From NCBI RefSeq assembly GCF_009914755.1, contig NC_060937.1: a DNA stretch of 64,000 bases; one strand, given 5' to 3'. A program made the translations under genes and the position numbers. The DNA comes from the human T2T-CHM13v2.0 reference genome, Homo sapiens. The notes under the pieces are model-generated. The model saw only the letters and a list, made by a program, of their open reading frames with translations, was not told where the DNA came from and made no database searches. Of the stretch, positions 13,061-37,570 are shown one piece after another. Each line of letters opens with the position of its first letter. Positions within the stretch are counted from its first letter, which is position 1.

Positions 13061-16000
13061 ATATGCCTGTATCAAAACATCATATGTACCCCATAAGTAT
13101 ATACACTTATGATGTACCCATAATTTTTAAAGGAAAATTATTTTTTAAAAGATATGTGTGTACATATATGCATATATGTAGCTATTTTATCCACATGTTT
13201 ATAGATAAACTCCACAGCAAACTTTACATTTCTCTAACTTTCTGCTTGGCATTTCCAACTGGATGTTGCATAGGCATCTCAGTCTCTCAACATGTATTCT
13301 CATCCCCAACCTCTTCATGTATTGCCTGTCTTAGTGAGTGGGACTACAAGTCATCCAGTTGTCCGTGGGTCTTGACACCATTTCATCCTTCACCATGACT
13401 CTACAGTCAATCACTGTCTTGTGGATTGTCTTCCAAATATCTCTCAAGCCTACTAGTTCTCTTGTCCTTACAGAAACTTTCATAGAGTAGGCCTTCTTCT
13501 GGACCCATGGCCTCCTTTGAGTCCATCCCAACATGGCCATCAGCCTCGCCTATCTCAAGTGGGAATCTGACCATGTCTCTACCCTAGTTTAACCTTTCAG
13601 TACATCTCTCACCCCATTACCTAGAATTCCAGGCACTTAGCCGGATCTATAAGACTCCAAACTGCTGAGCTGAACAAGTATTTTTATTCCTCTAGCATTT
13701 GCTTGAATTGCTTTTTCCAAGAAAACCCTCCATGATGAATTTCACCTTAGAATTGTATTCAACTTCAAGGTTTATATCAAATGTTTTAAAATAAAGGTAT
13801 TTTATACATGCATATGTGTTCATAATGTATCCATCTATATAAATTTAGATATATAATAACAAAACCTATATTGATATAGCAGTAAAGCCTAACTTTTGCT
13901 TGACCCTTGTATTAACTTGGCACTGCCACAAATGCAGGAAGATTTGAGGTCTTTTTACCTGGATGAAATTTCTAGACCCGCCCTGGGCCAGAAGAGAATT
14001 CACTGCCCTGATGGTATGGACCCAGTCTCAGTGGAATTCATTTATTGCACAAATATTCACTGAGTTTTAACTATATGATAGGTTCTTGAGATACATTATT
14101 AAATAAAACAGATGGAAATCCTTGCCTTGGCAAAACGTAAGTTCTGGAATATTGAACATTTATTCCTTTTGTTTAACAAATCTACTTGTGAGTCAGATGG
14201 CTGAATAGAACCCTCCAGTAATCTCTCTCCTGCAGGAACACCAATTTGAACAACTATCCACATAAGAGAGTACCTTCATGAGAACCAAAATATCAGGTGA
14301 GTAATCACAGTACCTTGTTTGAACATAATATAAAGGAAGGAGGCACTGAAGAAGGTAGGACAGACAGTCTTGCATTGGCTATACCACCCGTTCCCCAACC
14401 CCAGGCAGCATATGGAGAAAGAATCTGTGAGCTTGGCAGAGAGAGTGAAGTGAGGTGTGACTTTGCATTGAAGCTCAGTCCTGCCTTGTCATGGCAAAAC
14501 ACAACACAGAGCATAATTCTGCTGGTGCCCACCGAGGCAGCATTTAGACCAGCCTGGGCCAGAGGAGATTTCCTCATTCCAGCAGGAGGAACGTGAGTTC
14601 TAGCCAGCTTCACCACTGGCTGGAACCCAGAATAAATTTGAGTGGCAGTCAGGCCACAAAGGACTGCAGCCCCTGGGCAAGCCCTGGTGCTGCACTAATT
14701 TCAGAGGCAGTGGACTTATGGTACAATCCAAAGGAGCTGTGGTGGCCAAGGGAGTGCCTGCATCACTCCTCCCCCAATTCAGGAAGTACAGCCCTGGGAG
14801 AGACTCCTCTGCTTGGGGGAAGGAGCAAGAAGATTTGAGGTCTTTTTTCCTGGATGGAATTTCTAGACCCACCCTGGGCCAGAAGAGAATTCACTGCCCT
14901 GATGGTATGGATCCAGTCTCAGCAGAATTCACTACCTGCTGATGATAGTGGTCTTGGGCCTTGAACAAACACGAGAAGCAACCAGTAAGTAGTCGCTGCA
15001 GGCCTTGGGTGAGCCCCAGTACTATGCTAGTCTGCAAGACTTCAAGTGTGTCCTTGTGCAATGCCAGTTATGGTGGCCCCAGGAGTGCTTGTGTCACCCT
15101 TTCTCTAACTCCAGGCAGCTCAGAGCAAAGAGAGGCTCTATCTGATTGAGGAAAAGAGAGGAAAGAGAGTAAGAGACTTTGCCTGGTAACCAGGAAATTC
15201 TCTCTTATCTTTCCCAAGTCCACCAAGGCTGTGTATCTAGGAATCTGAAAGAGTTGCAGGATTCCTGTGCAACTCTTAGGACAACAACCCTTAGGACAGT
15301 AGTCACTGTCTTAAGCCAGTGACCACAGGCTTAGAACACAACACTCAATCCCCTTTGGATTCATAGAAAGCCCTATCAAGATGGATGAGTATAAATAAGC
15401 CCAGACTGTGAAGATTGAAACAAATACCTAACTCATCAATGCCAAGACACTAACAAATGTCCCCAAGCATCAAGAACATCCAGGAAAACATGAGCTCAAC
15501 AAAAGGACTAAATAAGGCGCCACTGACCAATCCTGGAGTAATGGAAACATGACCTTTCAGATAGGGAATTCAAAATAGCTATCTTGAGGAAGCTCAGTAA
15601 ACTTCAAGATAACACAGAAGGAATTCAGAATTCCATCAGAGAAATTTAACAAAGAAATAGAAATTAAAACAAAAGATCAAGCGGAAATTCTGGAGCTAAA
15701 AAATTCAATTGACAAATTGAAAATTTTATCAGTTTCTCAACATCAGAATTGATCAAGCAGAAGACAAAAAGTAATGAGCTTGAAGATAGGCTGTATAAAA
15801 ATACACAGTCAGAAGAGAAAAAAAAATTTAATGAAGCCCACTGACAAATTCTCAAAATGCCAAATCTAAGAGTTACTGGCCCTAAAGAGGATAGAGAGAG
15901 AAAGATCAGAGTAGAACAAGAAGGTTAAAGAACACCAAAATGATTCAACCCAAATAAGACTACCTCAAGGCATATAATCAAACTCTCAAAGGTCAAAGAT

Positions 16001-16312
16001 ATGGAAAAGATCCTAAAAACAGCAAGAGGAAAGAAGCAAATAGCATATAAAGGAACTTTGATATGTATAGCAACAGATTTCTCAGCAGAAACCTTAAGGC
16101 CAGGATTGAGTGGGATGACATATTCAAAGTGCTGAAGGAAAATAAACACTGGCAACAACCTATAGTATTATATACAGAAAAATCATCTTTCAGATATGAA
16201 GAAGAAATGAAAACTTTTGCAGACAAAAGCTGAGGGCTTTTGTAAGTCAGTAGAACTGACTTACAAGAAATGTTAAAAAGAATTCTTCAACTTGAAAGAA
16301 AAGGACGTTAAT

Positions 16313-16715
<403 letters not shown>

Positions 16716-16931
16716 ACATTAACGAGCAACAAGAAATCATCTGAAGGTATAAAAGGATAATAGTAAATATGCAGACAAATACAGAATACTCTAACACTAT
16801 AATTGCAGCATGTAAACCGTTCATATATTTAGTGGGATGACAAACCTATCAAAAATAATAATTACAAAAACTTTTTAAAAGATAGACAATATAAAAATAT
16901 ATAAATGGAAACAATAAAAAGTTAAAAAGTT

Positions 16932-17324
<393 letters not shown>

Positions 17325-17979
17325 TCAGTTCAAAATAATTGCTTATGTTATTTGCAAGCCTCATGGTAACTACAAAACAAAAACCTATAAAATATACAAA
17401 AGAAGAGTAAGAAATTAAAACATTTGACCAGAGAAAATTACTTTACATAAAGAAAGCTAGTAAGTAAGGAAGAAAAAAAGAAGACCAACAAAACAACCAG
17501 AAAACAAATAACAAAACAGTAGTGGTAATCTTTACCTGTCAATAGTAACATTTAATGTAAATGGACTAAATTATCCAATTAAAAGATATGGAGATAATGA
17601 ATGAATAGAAATCAAGACCCAACCATATGCTGCCTACAAGAAACTCACTCTACCTATAAAGACACACATAGACTAAAAATAAAGGGATGGAAAAAGATAT
17701 TCCATGCAAGTGGAAACCAAAAAAGAGCAGAAGTTGCTATATTTATATCAGATAGAATATATTTCAAGACAAAAACTGTAAAAAGAGAAAAAGAAAGTCA
17801 TTATATAATGATAAAGAAGTCAGTTTAGCAAGTAAATATTTATGTACCCAATACTGAAGCATCAAGATATATAAATCAAGTATTATGAGAGCTAAAGAGA
17901 GACATACTCCCCAAGTCTCCAGAGGAGAGCCCTTCAGCAGATAAAAGGGCAACTCTTCCGCACGGGAGCAGAAAGATTC

Positions 17980-18286
17980 TTTTTTTTTTTTTTTTTTTGA
18001 GATGGAGTCTCGCTCTGTCGCCCAGGCTGGAGTGCAGTGGCACGGTCTTGGCTCACTGCAAGCTCCGCCTCCTGGGTTCACACCATTCTCCTGCCTGCCT
18101 CAGCCTCCAGAGTAGCTGGGACTACAGGCGCCTGCCACCACCATGCCAGGCTAATTTTTTTGTGTTTTTAGTAGACACAGGATTTCACCATGTTAGCCAG
18201 GATGGTCTGGATCTCCTGACTTAGTGATCCGCCTGCCTTGGCCTCCCAAAGTGCTGGGATTACAGGTGTGAGCCACTGAGCCCAGT
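17980..18286 (-). mobile_element. AluY/Sc-type element
   Basis: Full dimer; 17-bp TSD GGGAGC(A/C)GAAAGATTCT. Confidence 0.95.
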
Positions 18287-18447
18287 GGGAGCCGAAAGAT
18301 TCTAAGAGGGCTGTTCCACAATGAAAAGAAACAGCATTTGGCCACAGGAGTTTTCCTGTTCCTGTGGAGAGTTTAAATAAAAATATTAATACAGAACAGA
18401 CATAGTCAATTTAGCAAGCAAAAGATAAAAGAGGATAACATAAAACA

Positions 18448-18932
<485 letters not shown>

Positions 18933-19389
18933 TTAAATCTCATCTACCAATATATATACCTACTATGTACCCACAAAAATTAATTTTTTTGAAAAAAGTT
19001 AAAAAAAAAGAAAACCTCATCTATTATAATACAAATCTATAGATATCTAAAATTTAAAAATGAAGAAATAACATTATGAGACTATTATTTTAAAACATAA
19101 GGTAAATTCCCAAAAAAAGCAGAAAGATTTTTAAGTGAGGGTTAAAAATGGACAGGACAAAGAATCTTTGTTTTTCCTTATAAATCTAACAGGAAATTTT
19201 GACTTTAAAGAGCATGAACATGTTTTACTTTGATACAAAATAGTAAAAATATTTATCCATAAATAATGGAAGAAAGTATTAAAACAGATCTTTTTAGTTG
19301 TAATACAGGAAATCTAAAAGCAAAAATGACTGTTTAATGAAACTTTGTTTCCATGATCTGGTTTTCTGTTTGTTTCCATGGTATTTTAG

Positions 19390-19542
19390 CAAATATTTTC
19401 ATACAGTCTGAAATGGGCCTACTAAAACCCACTACAAAAACTAGATTCTTTGAAACATTAGAAAGGTTTCTGAAAAGAGAATTTAAGCATCTTAAGAAAA
19501 AAATGTACTGGAAAAAAATCTTAAAAATTAGCAATCTCTATG
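19390..19542 (+). other. Candidate exon (153 nt, open frame ANIFIQSEMGLLKPTTKTRFFETLERFLKREFKHLKKKMYWKKILKISNLY)
   Basis: Pyrimidine-rich acceptor ...tttgtttccatggtattttag|C; donor ATG|gtaagg; no stop in one frame despite high AT content. Confidence 0.45.
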
Positions 19543-19926
19543 GTAAGGTTTCAGTCACCTCAAGAAATTTCCCTCTTTAAAAAATAAAATTATAACCTCT
19601 CAAAGAAAAAAATACTTTAAATTAAGTGATAATCTTTATTATTTTATAGTTTGTTAATAATTTGATAATAATTTTATGACTTCCATGAGCCCTCTATGAC
19701 ATATCATTTTTCTGGGGAAGCTATGTATGAGAATTTAGGTATATTTTTGGAATATAATGATAATTTGTAGTATTTACAATATAATATTGAAATTATGACT
19801 TTATGATTCATCTTATGTTCATATTCAAAAATAAAGTTGTGTTTTCAAAAAAGGGATTGAATCTATGTGTGTGTGATGAAGATTTATGTAAATAAGTAAA
19901 ATAATTTCTAAAGTTGGTCTTTCTAA

Positions 19927-20216
19927 CTTTTTTTTTTTATTATACTTTAAGTTCTGGGGTACATGTGCAGAACGTGAAGGTTTGTTACATAGGTATACAC
20001 GTGCCATGGTGGTTTGCTGCACCCATCAGCCTGTCATCTGCATTAGGTATTTCTCCTAATGCTGTCCCTCCCCTAGGCGCACACCCTCCAACAGGCCCAG
20101 GTGAGTGATGTTCATCTCCCTGTGTCTACATGTTCTCATTGTTCAACTCCCGCTTATGAGTGAGAACATGCAGTGTTTGGTTTTCTGTCCTTGTGTTAGT
20201 TTGCTGAGAATGATGG
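19927..20216 (-). mobile_element. 5'-truncated L1PA 3' end
   Basis: Poly-T followed by ATTATACTTTAAGTTCTGGGGTACATGTGCAG. Confidence 0.92.
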
Positions 20217-21149
20217 TAGAAGAACCCTTAATAAGCTTACCAGGAGCGTGGTATCATGCAAGTAAGGACTATGCTTATAAAAAGATTTGGCTTTGAATCC
20301 ATTTATGTATGCTCCCTCCTGTCTTCCTTCCCACCTCTTTTCTTCCTTCCTTCTTTTTATTCTCATGCAAAATCAAATGGTAACTCGCTAGAGAGGGTAT
20401 GTTCAATAATAGGTTCGTGTAAACAGCAACTATATTGATTATCTTAGTGAATCACCTTAATAATGACTGGGTTGATAATCCTGGTTATATCTCTCTTGGA
20501 AAAAGCAACTATTAATACTTGTTTAAGAAAATGCTTATAAGGATATATAGTAATAAGCCAATTTTCCCCTAAACATGGTCCTACTTAAAACCTTTGTGTC
20601 TTTGCAAGAGTTGTTCCCTCTTCTGGAAGAGTTATCTTTCTAGTCTACCTAGAAAATCTTAACCATCTTTTAAATTTGGTTTCTCATCAACTCTTCTGAT
20701 ATTATTATACATGGTTTCTCTTAACAATATTCACTCCTAAACTCTCTTCATTAGCCAGCCATCTCTCTTGCTCTGTAAAATGCCCACAAAATGCCCAATA
20801 CAGGCTTCTACTAGGATGTTCTGCAGTGCCACAACTGGCTTTCCCATTAAATAAATGTTGGCTAATTAAAAGTCACTTCAAACCACTTATACCAGTGGTT
20901 TCTGTTGTTGTAATCTTACAATTTAACTAATGCTTATCCAAGCCAAGAAAATGTGCATAGGCAAAAGATATATTTAATATCTTTCTGAAAGCTAATTTGA
21001 ATGTTCTTTTGCGAAGACTCCATGAAGACTAAGTTCAAAAACACACACAAAGAAGTTCAAAAACTAAATAGGAAAAATAGGTTTGAAAATTTCCAAAACA
21101 ATAAAAATCTAGAGGGATAGGAAACTCTGATGTTTCACAAGAGTATATA

Positions 21150-21356
21150 TTTTTTTGTAATTGAAAAAATAATTGTACATATTTATGGGGTACAATGTAA
21201 TATTTCAATACATGTGTACAATGTATAGTGATCAAATCAGGGTAATTAGCAAATCTGTCACCTCAAACATTTATTATTTCTTTGTGTTGGGAACATTCAC
21301 AATCTTAGTTCTAGTTCAATAGCACTGCACAGTGACTATAGTTAACAAAAATTTAT
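21150..21356 (-). mobile_element. Short L1M 3' end with an inverted segment
   Basis: Minus-strand L1 3'UTR to about 21305, then adjacent L1 sequence in the opposite orientation. Confidence 0.65.
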
Positions 21357-21638
21357 GAGTCTTTTTCTGTTCCCTGCTCTATAAATACATTGAAACTGAA
21401 AATCATGGAAGATACATTATAAATGTAGTTTACACAAGAAAGAGGCCTGTTTTCCAATTTGTAGGGTTGGACACACAAAAAAGATTCTTTGGTTCTTTTT
21501 CCAAAGATTAATGGAAAATGAAAAAAAATTAAAATTTGATGTTTTTATTTTTTTTTAAATGCTTAAGGCTTGTATGTCTTCTTTGGCTACCCATTTCAAC
21601 TAAACTTTTGGATTAACCAATTAGCCATGATAACGTAA

Positions 21639-21963
<325 letters not shown>

Positions 21964-22023
21964 TTAAAAATGGCTTCTATCATAATCACTTTCTCTTCGG
22001 CAGTACTGTTGCTCATTAACAAA

Positions 22024-22970
22024 TACTACGAATGTTTATGTCACCCCAAAATTCATACATTGAAACCCACTCCCCAAAATGGTAATGTTAAGAAGTGAGG
22101 ACTTCCGGGGATTATTAGTGAAGCGGCCACGTTGTCTGGGGTATATACTCTGGGGTACGTTGTCATGCACCAGGAAAATTTAGGACACGGACACACATGA
22201 GGAGTTTAGGAGCGGAGGTTTAATAGGTAGAAGGGAAGAGAAAGAGAACCAGTTTCCTCTATAGAGGAAGGGGTCTCCGAGTGGAAAGGACAGGCTGGCA
22301 GTGAAAGTGCCAAGTTTTATAGTCCAGTTTGAGGAGGTGGTGTCTGGTTTACATAGGGCTCACAGACTGGTTCAATCAGCTATGACGTTTACATAGTGCA
22401 CAGGGAAGGCTGGTCACCCCACCCTAATCTTCTTACGTAAATGGGCTTTCCAGTTGATGGGTACCATCCTGTCTGCTCCTTACAGCACATATGGATGGCA
22501 GAGAAGGGAAGATGGAGCTGCCATCTTGAAAATGTCTGGTCCTTAGTTCCTGCAGGCATTCATCCATGGAAGCTCCCAGCTTGCAGGCTGCTCTTTGTTA
22601 GAAAATGATTTGGGGCTGCTTTTCATTAAAAAGAAAAACCTTTCCAAGGACCCCCATACCGTTGCTATTTGCCTAAGTGATTTCCTCTTAAGCCCTATAT
22701 CATTAGGTCATGAGGAATCTGCCATCATGTGCAGGATTAGTGCCCTCATAAAAGAGGCTTAAGCGAGCCTGTTCACCCTTTTCACCATTTGAGGACTCAG
22801 CAAGTAGACACCATCTTCAAAGCAGAAAGTGAGCCCCCAGCAGATACTGAATCTGATGGAAAATTGATCTTGGATTTCCCCATCTCTAGAACTGTAAGAA
22901 ATAAATTTCTGTCTTTATAAGCCATCCAGTATCTTGTATTTTATTACAGCAGCCCAAACAGACTAAGACA
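22024..22970 (+). mobile_element. MLT1A-type MaLR LTR split by an ERV1 LTR
   Basis: ATGTTTATGTCACCCCAAAATTCATA start; AGCAGCCCAAACAGACTAAGACA end. Confidence 0.8.
22119..22702 (-). mobile_element. ERV1-class solo LTR (LTR29/MER61-like group; exact family uncertain)
   Basis: TGA...TCA termini, exact 4-bp TSD TTAG, ATTAAA on the minus strand near 22220. Confidence 0.8.
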
Positions 22971-23496
22971 ACAAGTTAAATACTTTTTCACTATATTCAA
23001 TGCTTTAGGCACTAGGCTAAGTTCTGAGATAGAGCTATGAGAAAGGAAAATGTGGTCCTGCCTTCATGGGGCTTAAAATTGTTTAAGTTATATTATTTTT
23101 TAACATCTCATTGAATTATAAATATGTTTACATATCTGTTTTCCATGCTCTTTGACAACTGCCTAAAAGGTAGGAAATATAATTTCCATTTTTTACAGTT
23201 TCCATGCCTTACAAAGTATCTGGTACTTAGCAAAGACTAACTAAAAGTTGGTTGAACTGATTTACTAGATAAAGGCAAAAACTTCATTTTCTCTAAAAGT
23301 CCTAATACCTATGAGCTTATCTAGATCAATATTTTGCCTTATACTTTGTATATTTGTCTGCTGTAAACCAATGGCTGGAATTGAAGTTTAAGTGCATCAG
23401 TAACTTTTTAATGAAAAAATGACTACATGATTGCACAATTACGTATTAATTGGGACATCATTTATCAAGGAAAGTATTTACACAGCAAGCACCTAC

Positions 23497-23604
23497 TTTC
23501 GGAAATTTTCACCATAGTCTGTCCTCAGCATGTCTCCAGTACAAAAGTTCAGCAAGGAAATAACCTCACAGTCATGCAAGTGCTTGAAAGTTAATGAATT
23601 TCAT
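23497..23604 (-). other. Candidate exon (108 nt), non-coding or decayed
   Basis: Acceptor ctgactcatcttttgtgcag|ATG; donor GAAA|gtaggt; stops in all frames. Confidence 0.4.
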
Positions 23605-25079
23605 CTGCACAAAAGATGAGTCAGAATAACAATTCATTTCTAGTGAGGGAGGGCCCTTGAGCTGAGATTCTTCAAATGTTGTGTTCCTCCCCACACTTAA
23701 CACTTTAATGCTGTAATAACAGCCTGGAATATACATAAGAATTCCTCAGAACAGCTTGTACTTTTAACAAGTTTTATTCAGCTAAAAATTCTTTTTATTC
23801 CTACCCAGAAGAAAAATCAATGAATAATCATATGAAACCTTAATCAATATCATTGATAATTTAACCTCAAAGATCTACATTATCCTCTCTGACTCTACAA
23901 CGAAATCTGGTTTTGTTTCCAGGATCCCTTGCTTAATAAAATAATCTAAATGTTGTCAAGTATATTTGCTCTGTCATGTGGTCTTAACATTAGTTTTTGA
24001 TGTTTCTTTGCTACCCATGGATGTCAAGATTTCTTTAACAGATGGTGGAGTTTCACACTTCTAGTTTCTCAATATAACTGGAGCAGATATCTGGGTAACA
24101 TGCAGCCATAATTTACTAAAAGTACAGTCACCTTATTGTGTTGTTTTTCTTGAGAAATTTAAAAATATAGACAAGTACAAATAACATAGCAAATATCCAG
24201 GAACCTACCACCCATCATTGAAAGCTGTTAACATTTTGACACATTTGATTTAAATCTTTTTTTAGAAAGAAAATACAATAAGCGTTATGGACAAAATCAA
24301 AGTCCCTTTTGCTCTCTATTCCCAGTTCGAATTCTACCCTTCCTTCCCCAAAGGTAGCCTTTATCATGAATTTAATATATATTTTTTAGTCTCTTAAAAA
24401 TACATATATGTTTGTTTTCAGGAACATAAAAGAATATTTATTTGTATGAATTTTTATTAATGTAAATGATATATATTCTGTATATTTTATATATTTTGGG
24501 ATCTTTCCATCTATAAATATATATGTTTCCTTTTAGTGACTAAATGGTATTCTATCAAATCAGTATTCCACAATTCTATTACTAATTCACTTAATGGACT
24601 ATTAGATTGTTCTAATTTTTAACCATTGTAACATGATTTAACCATTTATGTTTCTTTGTCCACAAGGTCAAGTTTCTCTAGACTGATGCTACTTAAAGGG
24701 TAGTCCACAAACTGGCTGTTCATCTACAACTTATTACAGTCTATGGAGAGATAAGGATTCTGTAATCAAATAGCATCAACTGTGTCCCAAAACACACTTT
24801 TTAGTTCACCTCACATCTCATAGCAAGTCTTTCTCAGGGGAGGAAGTTACCCTGGTTTACATTCTGATACAAGCTCTTTATCTAATCACGCATGGGGTAG
24901 GACTGCTTTAGATCACACACGTGGAAGTGGCATTTCTCAGTCATAGGGTGTGTGATATTTGATTTCACTCTGTAATACTAAACTGCCTTCCACAGCGATT
25001 GTCTCTATTTACTCATCCACAGTCTCTGAATCTTTCAATATTTTCCGCATTCTTACCCACTCTTTTTCTGGCATTTGTT

Positions 25080-26330
<1,251 letters not shown>

Positions 26331-27773
26331 TCCTATTCATGTTTTTATAATTGTAAAAAGGGTATAATATGTATATGAGACTGATATGAATCTTAAGTGT
26401 ACAGTTCAATTAATATATAAAAAATTAACATAAACGTTGGTGTATGCATGTATATGTGTATGCATGTAAATATATTTATCTCTGTGCATGTATATATACA
26501 GATAAGTATATGTGTACATATATATATAATATGTGTCTATATCTTGCTAATATATTGCTGAGTTTGATTTTTCTAATACTTGGTTAAGGATTTTGTATCT
26601 ATATTATGAAGAATATTGGTCTGCAGTTTCCTTTCATTATAAGGTTTTTGTTTTTTGTGCAAGTATGCTGGCCTCATAAAGTGAGTCTATTTGCTGAAGA
26701 ATTTGTGAAGGATTGTTTGATTTCTTTTTTAAATGATGAGTAGAATTCAACAGTGAAGTCATCTGGGTCTGATACTTTCCTATGGGAAGGATTTTCATTA
26801 CAAAGTATTTCTGTATTGGATGCCAGACATAGTGGATTTTGTCTCGTTGAATTCCAAGTTTTGTTACCTTCCTGTAAAGCATATTGAACTTTGCTTAAGA
26901 AGGTACTTATGTTACTTGTGGACCACTTGATTATTGTCAGGCTTATTTTTAAGTTTTGTTCAGTGGGCTTAAAATAACCTATACTCTAGGACTAGCTCAG
27001 TCCCACCACCAAAGCCAGACCCCTCTGCTGTCTTTATTGAATGTCCTGGGTGTGCAGTGCCCTGGCTGGATGGAACTTGAAGTTCTCTAGTTCTCTGTGA
27101 GCTCTGAGACTTGCTCAGCTTAAAGCTCCTTGGTAATTGGTCAATTCATAGAGTCTCCTACACTTAACAAAACTTAATATTCAGCCTAAAAGGGAACCCT
27201 ACTCATAATTCTGGAGCCATGTAGCACTTCCTCTCTGTTACGCTACCCGACAAATTTCAGAGGTTTCCTTTTTCCCACATTCTCATCTCTGTTGCCTCAT
27301 CTCACAGAGAGCACCACACTTTTCTCTGGGAACCCCTCCTTGCACCGTTCTCTAGTAAGTCTCTCTAAGAAAAGAGCTGCGTCCCTCCTCATTCCTTCTC
27401 CTCATCTCAGAGATCACAGACCTGTGCTTCCTGCTGTCCAGCATCTGAACATAACTACCTCGACCTTTAGTCTGGCTTTTGATTTGTTTATGATGAGAAG
27501 GTAAGTTCACATCCAGTTACCTATCATGCCAGAAGCAGAAATCTGCACATAAAATCCAAATTACTATGAATACCAGTCTTCATCCAACTAGCCAAGAGAA
27601 ACCCGTTCTTTATTTTCTTGCATCCCCTTTCTGTCATCGTTTGGGGCTCTTACTCAGGCCAGGAGACCAGTACTGATTTCTGTCCCCCGAGATGAGAAGA
27701 AGAGACATGCCCTATGCCTGGAAGACTCTGGCTCTACCCAGGGTTGTCTGCTATCCTGGGGATTGCCCTATCA

Positions 27774-28158
<385 letters not shown>

Positions 28159-28329
28159 TTATCTCACACCTGGTGTGGAGTTCTTCACTGTTTTACCACC
28201 CCCGTCTCTGTACCACAAAATTATCGTTAGTAATAATCATGAAGTAAAATGAATATATTTCACATTTGAACTAAAACATTCATTTACCAAATAAAAATAT
28301 AACCCCTTTCAGTGAGCTCTTTGTTTCAC

Positions 28330-35460
<7,131 letters not shown>

Positions 35461-35681
35461 AAACCCAAATAAAAAGTCCAAGAAATCACATAGATTGATA
35501 GAATTGGAATAACATAAATTTTCTTTGTCATTATAATCATTGTACTGTCATTGTTTATTTCTAACTTGCAGCTTAAACACAGAATGTGTGGTGCCATTGA
35601 GGTTGGTGACACAAACAGCTCCTGAAGCAAACTCAAACTTTTCCAAACCAGTACAGCATTACTCTTGAAAAGAATCCCATG

Positions 35682-35939
<258 letters not shown>

Positions 35940-36039
35940 GAATCCCATGTAGCTAATTATGCAGATGTTGAGGGCTGACTGTATAACTGAGAGATCTTTG
36001 AAATTAACTTCATTTAAAGCACAGCATTTATTAAAGAAT

Positions 36040-36370
36040 AGGTAATGAAATTGTGGTTACCAGGGGCTGGGGAAATGGGAAAATGTTGGTCAAAGTGTAT
36101 GAAGTTTTAGTGGGACTATAGGAATGAGTTCTGGAGATCTGTTATGTAGCATGGCAACTATAATTAGTAATAATGTATAGTATACTTGAAAATTGCTAAG
36201 AGAGTAGATTTTAAATATTTTCATCACAAAAATAATAAGTATGTGAGGTGATGGATATGTTCATTAGCTTGATTCAAACATTCTGTATTTGATACATATA
36301 TCAAACCATCACATTGTCCACCACAAGCGTACACACTTTGTCATCTGTAAATTCACATAAACAAATAAAT
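36040..36370 (+). mobile_element. L1M 3'UTR fragment
   Basis: GTGGTTACCAGGGGCTGGGG...AAAATTGCTAAGAGAGTAGATTTTAAA. Confidence 0.8.
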
Positions 36371-37469
36371 ACAATTTTTGAAATCTTGTTTAAAAATGTA
36401 AACCTGGAAGGAACTGATTTTTTTCCACAAGGGAGGATTTTATCACTGACATTGTTTGAAACTAGACTCATGGTGATAACATAAAGCAGACTAATGCTTG
36501 GCTGTCTTTACTGTTGTTTCCAAAACTGTCCACAGGCAATACACTCCTTATGACCTATACTCTGGATGGATTTCTTCCACTGCCTTACCCTTGTTATGCC
36601 ATCTTAGCAGTCCATGACAGTAGCCTCTCTTGAAGAAGGCTGGTGATAGTTAAGACACCACAATTTGAACCCAAGCAGTCCAATTTAGTTTCTGCCCATC
36701 CCTGGGACCCCTTTAGTACCCCTGGGCCTCCATTTTCCTCAGTCTAGTAGAGGTTATTCAGGGTGTCAGAGACAGGGGAGGAGAACATCTCCATGGCTTC
36801 CATGCAAAAGTATGCTAGGCTCTTGATGTCCACACAACTCTCTTGTGACCCCAACCCCCACACCCACACCCACACCCACATGGCTGGATTTGAAAGGGTG
36901 TGGCCACCTGAAAAGATTTTACTTATCATTGTTGCATCTATCTTCAAAGCGATTGATATGTCTGTTTTTTGGTAGTTAATTGTCTTGGTTTGGTATCAAT
37001 GATATATTGCAGAACAAGTTGGAAATTTTCTAGCTCTCTGTTCTTTCAAACAAAGTAAATACAGCTCCTTGAAGTTGTTATAGATTTCACCAATAAAATT
37101 CTGTGGACTGGAACCTTTGGGTGGGGTAATATTTGACTTAATTTTTTTAATTAAATAAAATTAAATTTAGCTTCTGTAAAAATTACGTATGACACTTACA
37201 AATAATTTAATTAATACAGAAAAGACAAAGATGAGAAAGATGAAAGTAAAATACTCAAATCCCATCACACGTGAATAATCATTAACATTCATACTTTTGT
37301 AAAAACCAAATAATGTATTTTTCAATAAAAGGATTAAATGTAACTTATCCAAATTTAATAGAAGAAAAATAAACTGAAGTAAAACCAGTGAGATCACTTC
37401 ATCCTCACATAAATGTTTCTTCACTCCATGAGATATTTCCCAACAAAAGATTCTTCTATAGTCTTCCAG

Positions 37470-37570
37470 ATTCTTTTGTGGTTCAGAGCATGATAATTGG
37501 GTTTTCATGCTATGTGTGAGATGAACCTCCCTCAAACCTTGTTAAGACGTCAGCACATTACCAATCTGAC
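37470..37570 (+). pseudogene. U13 snoRNA (SNORD13-like) retrocopy
   Basis: ATTCTTTTGTGGTTCAGAGCATGATAATTGGGT...CCTTGTTAAGACGTCAGCACATTACCAATCTGAC aligns end to end with recalled U13; box C altered (TGATAA), box D CTGA kept. Confidence 0.88.
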
